64,000 nucleotides of DNA, taken from Bacteroidota bacterium. GTDB lineage: Bacteria > Bacteroidota > Ignavibacteria > UBA10030. The stretch's first letter is position 1; every line of letters begins with the position of its first letter. The notes under the pieces were generated by a model, which saw only the letters and a list, made by a program, of their open reading frames with translations, was not told the DNA's origin and did not search any database. Location: contig JBEKEV010000001.1 in assembly GCA_050013655.1 (NCBI GenBank), positions 129,838 through 193,837 of the forward strand, given 5' to 3'. The position numbers and the translations under genes are program-made. This document shows, one piece after another, positions 38,243 through 48,067 of this stretch.

Positions 38243-40615
38243 TCAGTGAGGAAGAATTGAAATGGTCATCTCTTTGTCGTACGCTGTTTGACTCCGCGTC
38301 GGATTCTGCGCGCCGTGCGTCTTACGTTTTACCTGTTCTTCTACATATTGCATCAATTCATTGATTGTTACTGTGTAGTCATTATCATAATCGGCTTTGC
38401 CTTCCATACCTTCCAGCAAATAATAGGTGAAGACTCCGTGAGCCATTTCCGGGAATTCCTGCGATACTTCCCCGGATGCACTCGCTGTGAATACGACGAC
38501 ACCTTCTTTCGACTTCGATAAATCCGTAAGGTATTGATTTACCAAGTTCTGCTCGCTCACTCCTACACCGCGTGTTGCAAAGTTTACGCTGATATTACCG
38601 CTGTGGCAAGCATCAGTGAAAACAATAATACGTTTTGCGCTAATGTAACGTGCTAGCACGGTCTGAATATCCCACATGGGAAACGCTGTAGTACCAAGGG
38701 CGGTTGGATCACTATCACTCGTCAGCAGGTAAATATTTTGTGGACGTGCAGGTTCCGGCGCGCCATGTCCTGCAAAATAAATAAGCACGAGATCCATGTC
38801 AATTGCTTGACTCAAGAAATTAATGAGCGCATCCCTCACGTTCGCAAGTGTCGCATCTTTATTCAGCAATACTCGCATATGGTCGGAATCGTATCCGCCG
38901 CCTTCGGGTCGTCGGAGAAAATTTGCCAGCGCTTCTGCATCCTTGTCGGCGTACTTTAAACTCGGGATCCCAGGGTTCGTGTATTCCGATACTCCCACAA
39001 CAACCGCCCACCGCTGTGGACCAGAACCACCGCGCTCTTTCTTTGTCCCGCCAGAAACAGATGAAACTCCGGAAAGCGCTGATAGAGTACGATTAACACT
39101 AACCGTTTTTGAAAATTTGTCGCCTGCCTTACTTGTGATCGATAATTGAATTTGATTATAACCAAGGACAATTGGAATATCTTCCGAAATGACATCGCCT
39201 GTTGCCTTGAACCCCGGCTCCTGCCCGTTTACAATATCTACCATGTTGGATGAAATAGAATATGAAGAAACATCGAACCATGTTCGAAATTTAAGCGGAA
39301 GAGAAACCGCACCGGTCTCAGAATTGTTCACCGGGTTTTCGATTTCCACTGCTTGATCCTTCGAAAGTCGCCGAATCTCTCCGCTCATACTGACGGAATG
39401 ATTCGCTTTATCCGAAACACGGATCTCGTATGGAATCAACCCGACAGAATCAAGCTTCAGTACAGTGCTGAAACGATAAGAGGATTTCATTCCAGCAGGA
39501 ATTTTTGCCGTATCTTCTGCAAAAATAGCCGTGAGCTTGACAGCTGTACCGTTTATTGTCACTTCTTTTACGTTGGTATCGTCATACACCAAACCTCGAA
39601 GTTCATATTCCCGGGCAAAGACTTTTGTAGAGACCGATCCCGCCGCAGGCTGTTCCATGACAATGCCCGGATTGATTGAATCCGGTGGAGTAAGAGTCAC
39701 TTTCCAACTCTTCAAGAGGCCCGTACTTGTGCCGGTCAGGAGCGTTTCATCATTGAGAAAGACCGCGTAGGTTGCATATCCATCATGCTCAGTCATGGTC
39801 TTCACATTCGTCGATGCCGCGAGGTCGAAGATTTTTATTGTGCTATCCGCCGACGTTGAAACAACCCATCGCGTTTTTGGATCGAACGCTACAGACCAGA
39901 TAGAACCTTTCTGTGCATATCTATTTTTCAATACACCGGATTGTGCATCCCACAGAAGTACCTTTCCGTCAGCAGTACCGGCGGCAAGATATTTTCCATC
40001 TGCGCTGTAGCATAATGTCGTACTTCTATCTTTTGCATCGTTGAATGTAGAAATCGTCTTTAATGTCCCGATGGAAAAGATATTGACTTGACCTTTCAAC
40101 AACCCAACCGCACCGTTTTTTGCATCCGGCTGAATAGCAAGCGCAGTAATTTCTTCTTGAAATGCCGGTACAGATCCTATAGCAGTACCGCTGACAGCAT
40201 CTGTGATAGTCACCGTTTTGTTTGCGCCTGCAGAAAAAATCCATCCTTCGTCTTGGAATACCACCGCATTGACTGCCTGCGAATGTATCGAGAGCGATTT
40301 TGATATAGCTCCAGTCGCCACATCGAATAAGTGTACTTGTCCATCGATTGCACCGAGTGCTAATGTTTTCCCGGAGGCGGAAAAAGATAAAGCATTCATA
40401 TGTGTTGGTGTGCTGATGGGGGACGATTTCTCCTTGAGTGAAGGAATATCATAAAGCCTCAATATCTTTTCCCGAGAGAGAACAGCCAAGAGATTTGCTT
40501 TGGAAGAAACAGCGCCTCGCATAACCGGCCCTTTGAAGGCTTCTACAGATTGAAGATGTTCTACGTATAATTCTTGCTGTGAGTAAACGACGGCAACGAC
40601 GGTAAGTGTCATCAT
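38243..40615 (-). CDS. Caspase-family (peptidase C14) protein with N-terminal WD40 repeats and a signal peptide
   Basis: The C-terminal caspase domain has a His-Cys dyad (LIYFAGHGAPE and FTDACHSGN) after the RWAVVVGVSEYTNPGIPSLKYADKDAEALANFL segment. The N-terminal ~330 aa are WD40-type repeats (ATGAISKSLSIHSQAVNAVVFQDEGWIFSAGANKTVTITD and others). The start is placed at MMTLTVVAVVYSQQ (signal-like). The track start at 40780 is upstream. Confidence 0.7.
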   Translation of the reverse strand: MMTLTVVAVVYSQQELYVEHLQSVEAFKGPVMRGAVSSKANLLAVLSREKILRLYDIPSLKEKSSPISTPTHMNALSFSASGKTLALGAIDGQVHLFDVATGAISKSLSIHSQAVNAVVFQDEGWIFSAGANKTVTITDAVSGTAIGSVPAFQEEITALAIQPDAKNGAVGLLKGQVNIFSIGTLKTISTFNDAKDRSTTLCYSADGKYLAAGTADGKVLLWDAQSGVLKNRYAQKGSIWSVAFDPKTRWVVSTSADSTIKIFDLAASTNVKTMTEHDGYATYAVFLNDETLLTGTSTGLLKSWKVTLTPPDSINPGIVMEQPAAGSVSTKVFAREYELRGLVYDDTNVKEVTINGTAVKLTAIFAEDTAKIPAGMKSSYRFSTVLKLDSVGLIPYEIRVSDKANHSVSMSGEIRRLSKDQAVEIENPVNNSETGAVSLPLKFRTWFDVSSYSISSNMVDIVNGQEPGFKATGDVISEDIPIVLGYNQIQLSITSKAGDKFSKTVSVNRTLSALSGVSSVSGGTKKERGGSGPQRWAVVVGVSEYTNPGIPSLKYADKDAEALANFLRRPEGGGYDSDHMRVLLNKDATLANVRDALINFLSQAIDMDLVLIYFAGHGAPEPARPQNIYLLTSDSDPTALGTTAFPMWDIQTVLARYISAKRIIVFTDACHSGNISVNFATRGVGVSEQNLVNQYLTDLSKSKEGVVVFTASASGEVSQEFPEMAHGVFTYYLLEGMEGKADYDNDYTVTINELMQYVEEQVKRKTHGAQNPTRSQTAYDKEMTISILPH

Positions 40616-40949
40616 CCATATAGAGAAAATAATTCTTCGTCCCAAGGTACACTCCTTATTCGATACGAGCGCTTCTATTCCAGGGATTGACGCAGTATCG
40701 TTATGTGTTTTGTATGAAAAGAAAAAGAACGTTTTTACATTTTCATTCGTGAGATATAAGGAACTATAATTTTGTATCAAAAGGAATCCGAAAATGACGG
40801 AGTTTTGGTTAGGATTATTCCTACATGCTCTTTTTGTCTGAACAAATATTCGAGGATTTTCGGGTGAATGTCAAGGAATGTCCACCTGCAATGGCAGGAT
40901 TGTAAGCACTCCAGCACAAACGCATAGTAAATCAACGAAAAGAATTAAT

Positions 40950-40980
40950 AAAAAAGGCGGCCCCGTTTTTCAGAACCGCC
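40950..40980 (-). terminator. Rho-independent terminator downstream of the T9SS-domain protein gene
   Basis: On the minus strand the sequence reads GGCGG-N15-CCGCC followed by TTTTTT. A second weaker hairpin (GCACCA..TGGTGC) lies just upstream of it. Confidence 0.4.
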
Positions 40981-41074
40981 TTGGTTTTATTCACCAAATA
41001 ATATACTCCGCACCAAAGGTCGCTGGTGCTCCAAAGCTTCAGCAACGGAGCGCGGCATCCGCCTCTGGCGGAAA

Positions 41075-42802
41075 CTACTTCATCAGCATAAGCTTATTCG
41101 TCTGAACGATAGGCTTGCCTTCTTGCGGCTGAACTATCAACCGTGAGAAATAGATACCGCTTGCTAATCTTGAGGCATCAAATGTTGCCGTATAAAACCC
41201 AACTCCCTTCATTCCATCCTGAAGGAGTGCAACTTCACGCCCCATAACATCATATACCTTCAATGTAACATAACCGGCTTCGGGTAATTGATACGTGATT
41301 GTCGTTGTCGGGTTAAATGGGTTGGGATAGTTAGAAAGTGCAAACGTTGTCGGATTGTCAGCTTGCATTGTGATAGCTTGTCCAGGGAATGATGGACTGG
41401 CATATTTCGCATTACTGCCACTATTATAGTTGATAGTAAAATAAGCAGTTCCATTGAATCCGGTAGTATTATCGTGAACATCTACACGAACTGAAATATT
41501 CCACAGGAGCATTCCGATTGTCTCGGTTTGACTTGTTCCACCGGAGACCCAACTTGATCCGGGAGGTCCATTTAGTTCGTACCATTGATATGTAAATGAT
41601 CCTGATCCGCCCGGCACATTCGCTGTATATGTCGCACGATTCCCCTTACTAAGAGAAGAGGGACCGCTAATGCCAACTCCTTCAATATTAGCAGTGTATG
41701 TTCCAGGGATTGTTGGTGTAATACTAATAGGATTACCAGAAACAATTCCACTTGGTGTTGTCCAATTTACAAAATGCAATGTGTAAGTATAATCATTCGC
41801 ATCCATATAACTTATATTATCACTAGCCAGTAAAGTATGAGCGCTACCTAATGTCCATGAAAAAGTTGAACCAGAAGGATAATTCGAGCCATCAACATTC
41901 ACAATACCTGAGTTAAAGGAATTATTCACGGTGATATACAGCGACGCTATATAGTTTCCCCCCCCTTGGTCCGAAGTGACATTAGTGTACGTTCTTGATG
42001 TGGGGTTAAAACTGTACCCAGTTTTCGTAGGCGTCACCGTACCCGACCAACCGTAGTTAACCTTGCCAGCGTAATTTCCACTTGCATCTGTGCTTACGCC
42101 CAATCCATTCATAACGACACCGCTGACGCCAACAGAACCAGAGATGGTATAGGTATTAATAGCAAATGTCGCGGAGATTGTTTGGTTGGATATGACGTTG
42201 TTAAATGTAAAACTTGAAACCGCTCCTACTGAATTAGTATTAACATTAACATCGGCAATGCGATATCCTGGGTTAGCGTTTATTTTAAAAGTCTGACTAC
42301 CTCCGAGAACGACAACTACCGAGCCAGATGGTGTTATCGTACCACCCGTTCCTGCTGATGCTGTAATAGTAAATTTTGTTGAAATTGTAAAAAACACCAC
42401 GTCATATGTTGAATCTTCAGTAGTTGAACCATCATCAGAATTAAAATAATATTGGACCAGATATATCGTTGCATTGTGTCCACCGAGTGTCATATTAACT
42501 ACATCGTAAGGACAAGGATTATAATTCTTAGGAAATATTTTTTGACTACCATCAACAATAATAAAAAAGTAATAATCACCTGTATACCCGCTCTGAGATT
42601 TACCCATTGTTCCATCTGGAACGATATTGCAAGTCCATTTAAAAGCAACATCCATTTTTGTTTGGCCTGTGGTACAATAAATAGTAGCACTACTAGTTGG
42701 ATAAGTGAATGCTACACTTGGGAGAGTTTGAGCCTCAAGTCTATTGCTCATTATAAGTGTTATAAAAAGGAAAGCAAGTTTTAAAACTTTTATTTTTTTC
42801 AT
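41075..42802 (-). CDS. Secreted beta-rich protein with a T9SS (Por) C-terminal sorting domain
   Basis: 575 aa with a signal peptide (MKKIKVLKLAFLFITLIMS) and a Thr/Ser/Gly-rich Ig-like body. The C-terminus YPNPFNPTTTITYQLPEAGYVTLKVYDVMGREVALL...LMLMK is a T9SS type-A sorting domain. An AAAGGAG ribosome-binding site lies upstream. Confidence 0.7.
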   Translation of the reverse strand: MKKIKVLKLAFLFITLIMSNRLEAQTLPSVAFTYPTSSATIYCTTGQTKMDVAFKWTCNIVPDGTMGKSQSGYTGDYYFFIIVDGSQKIFPKNYNPCPYDVVNMTLGGHNATIYLVQYYFNSDDGSTTEDSTYDVVFFTISTKFTITASAGTGGTITPSGSVVVVLGGSQTFKINANPGYRIADVNVNTNSVGAVSSFTFNNVISNQTISATFAINTYTISGSVGVSGVVMNGLGVSTDASGNYAGKVNYGWSGTVTPTKTGYSFNPTSRTYTNVTSDQGGGNYIASLYITVNNSFNSGIVNVDGSNYPSGSTFSWTLGSAHTLLASDNISYMDANDYTYTLHFVNWTTPSGIVSGNPISITPTIPGTYTANIEGVGISGPSSLSKGNRATYTANVPGGSGSFTYQWYELNGPPGSSWVSGGTSQTETIGMLLWNISVRVDVHDNTTGFNGTAYFTINYNSGSNAKYASPSFPGQAITMQADNPTTFALSNYPNPFNPTTTITYQLPEAGYVTLKVYDVMGREVALLQDGMKGVGFYTATFDASRLASGIYFSRLIVQPQEGKPIVQTNKLMLMK

Positions 42803-43388
42803 TATTAATTCTCCTTTTTCTTGAATTATTTATCTATCGTTTTCTAAAAGAACCTGTTTACATCGTTTCTAATTTATCAATGGTTGATCGGCAAACTAGA
42901 AATACACTAATTGATACAAATTTATCAATCTGAAATCATAACAGTATTATTTAAACATAGGCATTACCTCCGTTTAGGTTTTGTAAATGTAGGATTTTTG
43001 GTTTTTTGCAACTGTGAAAGCACTGCTGCCTCACATCAATACCTCACCACCGGCAGATGTGTCCCCTATATAAAAGGTAAAACTTTGCTGCGATTTAGTC
43101 AAATTCCTGCTTGTAGTATTTTAACAAGTTGGCTGTAACGTTTTCGCTACAGAGCTTATAGTGATTTCAATGGTAGCGATTATTGACCTTAACAAGGCAT
43201 TTACTCATGAGATGGAGAAGTCAACCCATCGCAAAGGTCTTCTGTTGTTATTTTTAAGATCACATACTCGTGATATAGAAACGAAAAAGGTAGCTCGAAG
43301 TAAACTCCGAGGTATTAAACCCGATAAAGAATAAAATTTTACGAAGGTTGAAGGCTTGAGAGGCAAGAATATGTTCTAGAGACATGAA

Positions 43389-44714
43389 TTACCGCTGCTT
43401 CTTTTTCCACCATCGATTGAGCCGCTCGCGTATGTCTTTCTCCCTTCCAAGATCGGTGGGCTTGTAATAGAACTTCTCTTTCAAATTATCCGGAAGAAAT
43501 TGCTGTTCAATAAAGTGGCCGGGAAAATCGTGACTATATTTGTATTCTTTCCCATAGCCAAGTTCGTCCATCAATTTTGTTGGAGCATTGCGGATATGAA
43601 GAGGCACTGGAAGATTTGGAAGATTTCGCACGTCACCCCACGCTTCTTCAATTGCACGATACGAAGCATTGCTCTTCGGGCATGAAGCGAGATATACCGC
43701 CGTTTGCGCAAGCACGATACGCGCCTCCGGCATACCGATGTAATCGATTGCAGTGAAGCACGATGTTGCCAATGTAAGAGCGTACGGATCGGCATTGCCG
43801 ATATCTTCCGAAGCAAGCACGATCATCCGGCGCGCGATGAATTTCGGATCCTCGCCTCCATCCAGCATACGTGCCATCCAATAGACTGCGGCATCCGGAT
43901 CGCTTCCGCGCACACTTTTGATAAAGGCCGAGATGATGTCATAATGCTGTTCGCCTTCTTTGTCATAGAGTGTAAATTTTCTCTGGAAGGCTTCTTCAAT
44001 TTTTTGTTTGGTGATCATCACAGAACCATCAGCGGCCGGCTTCGTCAGGCGAATGGCATTTTCCAGCCCGTTGAGAAGTTTGCGCGCATCACCGCCGGAT
44101 AAAAGCATCAGGAATTCACGATCAGCAATTTCTATCTTGCGTTTCGAGAGAATTATATCACTTTCCAGTGCATGGTCAAGAATTTTATTTAACGCATCTT
44201 TGTTCAGCGATTCCATAACATAGACCTGGCACCGTGAAAGAAGCGGTGAGATGACTTCAAACGATGGATTCTCCGTCGTCGCACCGATCAGCGTGATGAT
44301 CCCTTCTTCGACCGAATGTAGCAGCGCATCCTGCTGTGCTTTGTTGAAACGATGAATCTCGTCAATAAAAAGGATAGTGCGTTTGTTTAGTGTCTTGAGA
44401 TTTTTCTCGGCACGAGCAATGATTTCGCGGACGTCTTTCACACCGGCTGCAACCGCATTGAGCTGATGAAACTCCGCCTGAATATAATGTGCCACCAAAC
44501 GCGCCAATGTTGTTTTGCCCACTCCCGGCGGTCCCCAGAAAATCATGGATGCAATCTCTCCGCTCTCCAACATCAACCGAAGCGGCTTATCGGGCTGAGT
44601 CAAATGGTCCTGGCCGACAAATTCGTTCAATGTTTTCGGGCGAACGCGTTCCGCTAATGGTGCTGACGGAGGACGTGCAGATCGAGATTCTTCTTTAGAA
44701 AACAAATCGGACAT
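43389..44714 (-). CDS. rarA: Replication-associated recombination protein A (MgsA/RarA AAA+ ATPase)
   Basis: 441 aa with Walker A (FWGPPGVGKTTLARLVAHY), Walker B (ILFIDEIHRFNKAQQDALL) and the conserved C-terminal MgsA region. Confidence 0.85.
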   Translation of the reverse strand: MSDLFSKEESRSARPPSAPLAERVRPKTLNEFVGQDHLTQPDKPLRLMLESGEIASMIFWGPPGVGKTTLARLVAHYIQAEFHQLNAVAAGVKDVREIIARAEKNLKTLNKRTILFIDEIHRFNKAQQDALLHSVEEGIITLIGATTENPSFEVISPLLSRCQVYVMESLNKDALNKILDHALESDIILSKRKIEIADREFLMLLSGGDARKLLNGLENAIRLTKPAADGSVMITKQKIEEAFQRKFTLYDKEGEQHYDIISAFIKSVRGSDPDAAVYWMARMLDGGEDPKFIARRMIVLASEDIGNADPYALTLATSCFTAIDYIGMPEARIVLAQTAVYLASCPKSNASYRAIEEAWGDVRNLPNLPVPLHIRNAPTKLMDELGYGKEYKYSHDFPGHFIEQQFLPDNLKEKFYYKPTDLGREKDIRERLNRWWKKKQR

Positions 44715-44782
44715 AATAAAATTTTATTTTTCTTTTGAGAGATTGGTTCATCCATCAAGCTCTACGTCATAGAGAAGAGTCC

Positions 44783-45151
44783 TTATTTCTCTTTCTTCAC
44801 CTGATAGACCGTTTCGCCTTCTCGCTTCATTCCGTACTTTTCCCGGGCGATTTTTTCGATCGTTTTCTTATCCCCCTCCAACGCTTTGATCTGTTCCTGG
44901 AGCCGTTTGGTTTCTGCACTATCGGCTTTAAGTTTCTCGATCCATTCATTGTGCTGCGATTCGAGACTGAGTCGTTTGAGGATCCCTTTATTATCAAATA
45001 AAAGGTAGAGAAAGAGAAAGAAGAGAAGAATGAGAAGTATCGTGCGTCTTTTATTTTTTGCCGCTTTCTTTGCAATTCGTTTCAGGAGACGTTCCGGCTG
45101 GATATTTCTATAGAATTGATTGTCCATCAAACCTATACTCATGTGTACCAA
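44783..45151 (-). CDS. Septum formation initiator family protein (FtsB/DivIC-like)
   Basis: 122 aa with a single TM helix (TILLILLFFLFLYLLF), a coiled coil, and C-terminal EKIAREKYGMKREGETVY. Confidence 0.5.
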   Translation of the reverse strand: MVHMSIGLMDNQFYRNIQPERLLKRIAKKAAKNKRRTILLILLFFLFLYLLFDNKGILKRLSLESQHNEWIEKLKADSAETKRLQEQIKALEGDKKTIEKIAREKYGMKREGETVYQVKKEK

Positions 45152-46317
45152 TTATTTTTCGGCTGGTAGGTTGTTTTGAGTTTCTTTTTTGAGGCATGCC
45201 GTGACAGTGCAAGCTGAATCAATGTATCCAGCAATGCGGAATATGACAGTCCGGAAGCTTCCCAGAGTTTCGGATACATGCTGATGGAAGTAAAACCGGG
45301 AAGAGTATTTATCTCGTTGAGAACAATACGATTTGTTTTTCGATTCACAAGAAAATCAACGCGGGCCATACCTGCACAATCCAAGACCCGAAATGCATCC
45401 AACGCATACATTTGTATTTTCTTTGCAAGAGGTTTCGGCAGTTTTGCAGGAATGATTACTGTTGTCTTTCCATCGACATACTTCGCATCGTAATCATAAA
45501 ATTCATTCGATGGAACAATCTCACCTAAGACCGACGCAGCAGGATTGTCATTTCCCAGCACACTGCATTCAATCTCGCGCGCGTTTTTTACTCCCTGTTC
45601 CACTAAAATTTTTCTATCAAACTGCGCCGCCTGTTCTATCGATGTGAGCAATTCTTTACGGCTGCCTGCTTTACTGATACCAATACTCGAGCCGGAGTTC
45701 GCCGGTTTAATAAAAAGCGGATATTTTAGTTTTCGCTCAATCTCAGCGATACATTTTTTCTGCTGTGCTTTGTATGTTTCATGTACAAACCAGACGCCAG
45801 GCGATACGGGAATATGTGCCTGCTGTAATAATTCTTTTTGAATGACCTTATCCATTCCGACTGCCGAGCCGAGCACTCCGGCGCCGACATACGGAATATC
45901 TGTGAGTTCCAATAATCCCTGAAGCGACCCATCTTCACCGTAGGTGCCGTGAATTAAAGGGAAAATAACATCGATCGGTCTCCCGGTACTGCCGCTCTCA
46001 CCGAGAATAACCAGCGATTGTTTGCGGGGGTCAGGCACGAGCATGTGCTCCGGTTCGTTATCGATAGATTTTTTTTCCTTTAGCAGGCGAAGAGTTTCTC
46101 CGGAACTCAGCCATTGTCCGGTTGACGCTATTCCGACAGGAACAACTTCATATTTCTCTTTATCCAGCGCATTGATGACAGATGAGGCAGAGACAAGCGA
46201 AACTTCATGCTCGACTGATCGCCCGCCAAAAATGATACCGATACGGATTTTGTGATTACCTGGTTCTTGGCTTTTTGTCATAGACAATTGATTATTTTTC
46301 TGATTTGAATTTTCCAT
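45139..46317 (-). CDS. ddl: D-alanine--D-alanine ligase
   Basis: The ATP-grasp Ddl pattern is present (IRIGIIFGGRSVEHEVSLVSA, then central and C-terminal Ddl motifs). The start is placed at MENSNQ, which has a GGGAAC ribosome-binding-like site. The track start at 46431 and the MTKSQ start at 46281 are alternatives. Confidence 0.75.
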   Translation of the reverse strand: MENSNQKNNQLSMTKSQEPGNHKIRIGIIFGGRSVEHEVSLVSASSVINALDKEKYEVVPVGIASTGQWLSSGETLRLLKEKKSIDNEPEHMLVPDPRKQSLVILGESGSTGRPIDVIFPLIHGTYGEDGSLQGLLELTDIPYVGAGVLGSAVGMDKVIQKELLQQAHIPVSPGVWFVHETYKAQQKKCIAEIERKLKYPLFIKPANSGSSIGISKAGSRKELLTSIEQAAQFDRKILVEQGVKNAREIECSVLGNDNPAASVLGEIVPSNEFYDYDAKYVDGKTTVIIPAKLPKPLAKKIQMYALDAFRVLDCAGMARVDFLVNRKTNRIVLNEINTLPGFTSISMYPKLWEASGLSYSALLDTLIQLALSRHASKKKLKTTYQPKNNWYT

Positions 46318-46469
46318 GTTCCCACGTACTTCGTGAATATGATAGGGAAAAGAGTGGAGAGGTGCAACGAATGTCGGAATGAAGTATTGCGTTTCGATGG
46401 AAAACTCAGTAGGTTTTTGCAGCTGGATCATTCATCAGACCCATCATTTATTACTGGAGATCGATTTTC

Positions 46470-47990
46470 ATGAACAGTCCACTGTTCGCAAAAAAACCTC
46501 TGTCCCTCCTCCTCGAAGAAATGAAGGGAGAGAATCGCCTGCGCCGGGTACTCGGACCCGTAACCCTTACCAGTCTCGGTGTTGGAGCTATTATTGGAAC
46601 CGGCATTTTTGTATTAACCGGTGTCGGTGCCCATGATAAAGCTGGCCCTGCATTGATTCTTTCCTTCGCTGCATCAGGCGTGGCATGTGTTTTCGCAGCT
46701 CTTTGTTATTCTGAATTTGCTTCGATGGCTCCCGTTGCCGGCTCGGCATACACGTATGCATATACAACACTTGGTGAATTGTTTGCATGGATTATCGGCT
46801 GGGATCTTGTGCTGGAATATGCAGTAGCTTCGGCTGCCGTTGCTCATGGCTGGTCTGCTCACTTTCAAGATCTTCTTAAAAGCTTTGGCGTTTATATCCC
46901 GCACTCATTCTCCAGCGCGCCGTTTGATTTTGATTTGCGAGCCGGCCACTTCTTTGCCACCGGGTCATTTCTCGATCTTCCTGCTATTATCATCACAGCA
47001 ATTATCACATTCATTTTAGTAAAAGGAATCAGAGAAAGTGCTGTATTTAATACAACAATTGTTGCGATCAAATTAGTTATTGTCTTGTTTGTGATTGTAG
47101 TTGGTGTATTCTATATCGATCCGAATAATTGGAAGCCATTTGCTCCATTTGGGTATACGGGAATCAGTTTCTTTGGTCATACACTATTCGGGCAAACTAG
47201 CGCAGATGGCGTTCCACTCGGTATGCTCGCTGGCGCGGCAATTATCTTTTTTGCATACATCGGTTTCGATTCTGTTTCCACGCATGCGGAAGAAGCACGA
47301 AATCCGCAGCGCGATGTTCCTATCGGCATTATTGCCTCACTTCTTATTTGCACGGTATTGTATATTGCTGTCTCTGCAATCATTACCGGCATGGTTCGTT
47401 ACGATCAAATTGATATCAATGCTCCGGTTGCAAATGCCTTTGCACAGAAAGGATTACCCTGGGCGCAACGCCTCATTGATGTCGGAGCCATTACAGGCAT
47501 TACTTCCGTACTGCTCGTGATGATGTTAAGCCAGCCGCGGGTACTTTTAGCAATGGCACGCGACGGTATGGTGCCTGAGAGTTTCTTCGGCGCCGTGCAT
47601 TCGAAATTCCGCACGCCGTGGAAGTCGACAATTCTCACCGGAGTTTTTGTCGCTGCAATGGCAACCCTCCTTCCGCTTCGTATACTTGCAGAGCTGACGA
47701 ATATCGGGACATTGCTGGCATTCGTGATCGTTTGTACAGCAGTGCTCATTATGCGCAAAACCAACCCCAAAGCAGAACGCCCATTTCGAGCACCATTTGT
47801 ACCCTTTGTGCCGATCGCCGGTATTGTTTGTTGTTCGATACTCATGTTTTCATTGCCTGTAGAAAACTGGTGGCGTTTGTTTATCTGGCTGGGAATCGGT
47901 TTCATTATCTACTTCAGTTATGGCCGGCGGCATTGTGTGACAGCGCGAATTCGGCGGGGTGAAGTAATCGTACCATCATCAGAAAAATAG
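46470..47990 (+). CDS. APC family amino acid permease
   Basis: 506 aa with about 12 TM helices and an N-terminal GVGAIIGTGIFVLTG signature. Confidence 0.8.
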   Translation: MNSPLFAKKPLSLLLEEMKGENRLRRVLGPVTLTSLGVGAIIGTGIFVLTGVGAHDKAGPALILSFAASGVACVFAALCYSEFASMAPVAGSAYTYAYTTLGELFAWIIGWDLVLEYAVASAAVAHGWSAHFQDLLKSFGVYIPHSFSSAPFDFDLRAGHFFATGSFLDLPAIIITAIITFILVKGIRESAVFNTTIVAIKLVIVLFVIVVGVFYIDPNNWKPFAPFGYTGISFFGHTLFGQTSADGVPLGMLAGAAIIFFAYIGFDSVSTHAEEARNPQRDVPIGIIASLLICTVLYIAVSAIITGMVRYDQIDINAPVANAFAQKGLPWAQRLIDVGAITGITSVLLVMMLSQPRVLLAMARDGMVPESFFGAVHSKFRTPWKSTILTGVFVAAMATLLPLRILAELTNIGTLLAFVIVCTAVLIMRKTNPKAERPFRAPFVPFVPIAGIVCCSILMFSLPVENWWRLFIWLGIGFIIYFSYGRRHCVTARIRRGEVIVPSSEK

Positions 47991-48067
47991 GCAAAAGTTG
48001 CATTGAACGTCCTCAAGAAGTGGTCGCTTAAATTTTCTATATATGAATCGTTAGGAGTTTTCCCGTA

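Noticed and set aside
40878-41105. 75-aa plus-strand ORF downstream of the T9SS-protein gene
   Set aside because: It spans the terminator hairpins of the convergent minus-strand gene and overlaps its 3' end. It has no ribosome-binding site and no protein features.
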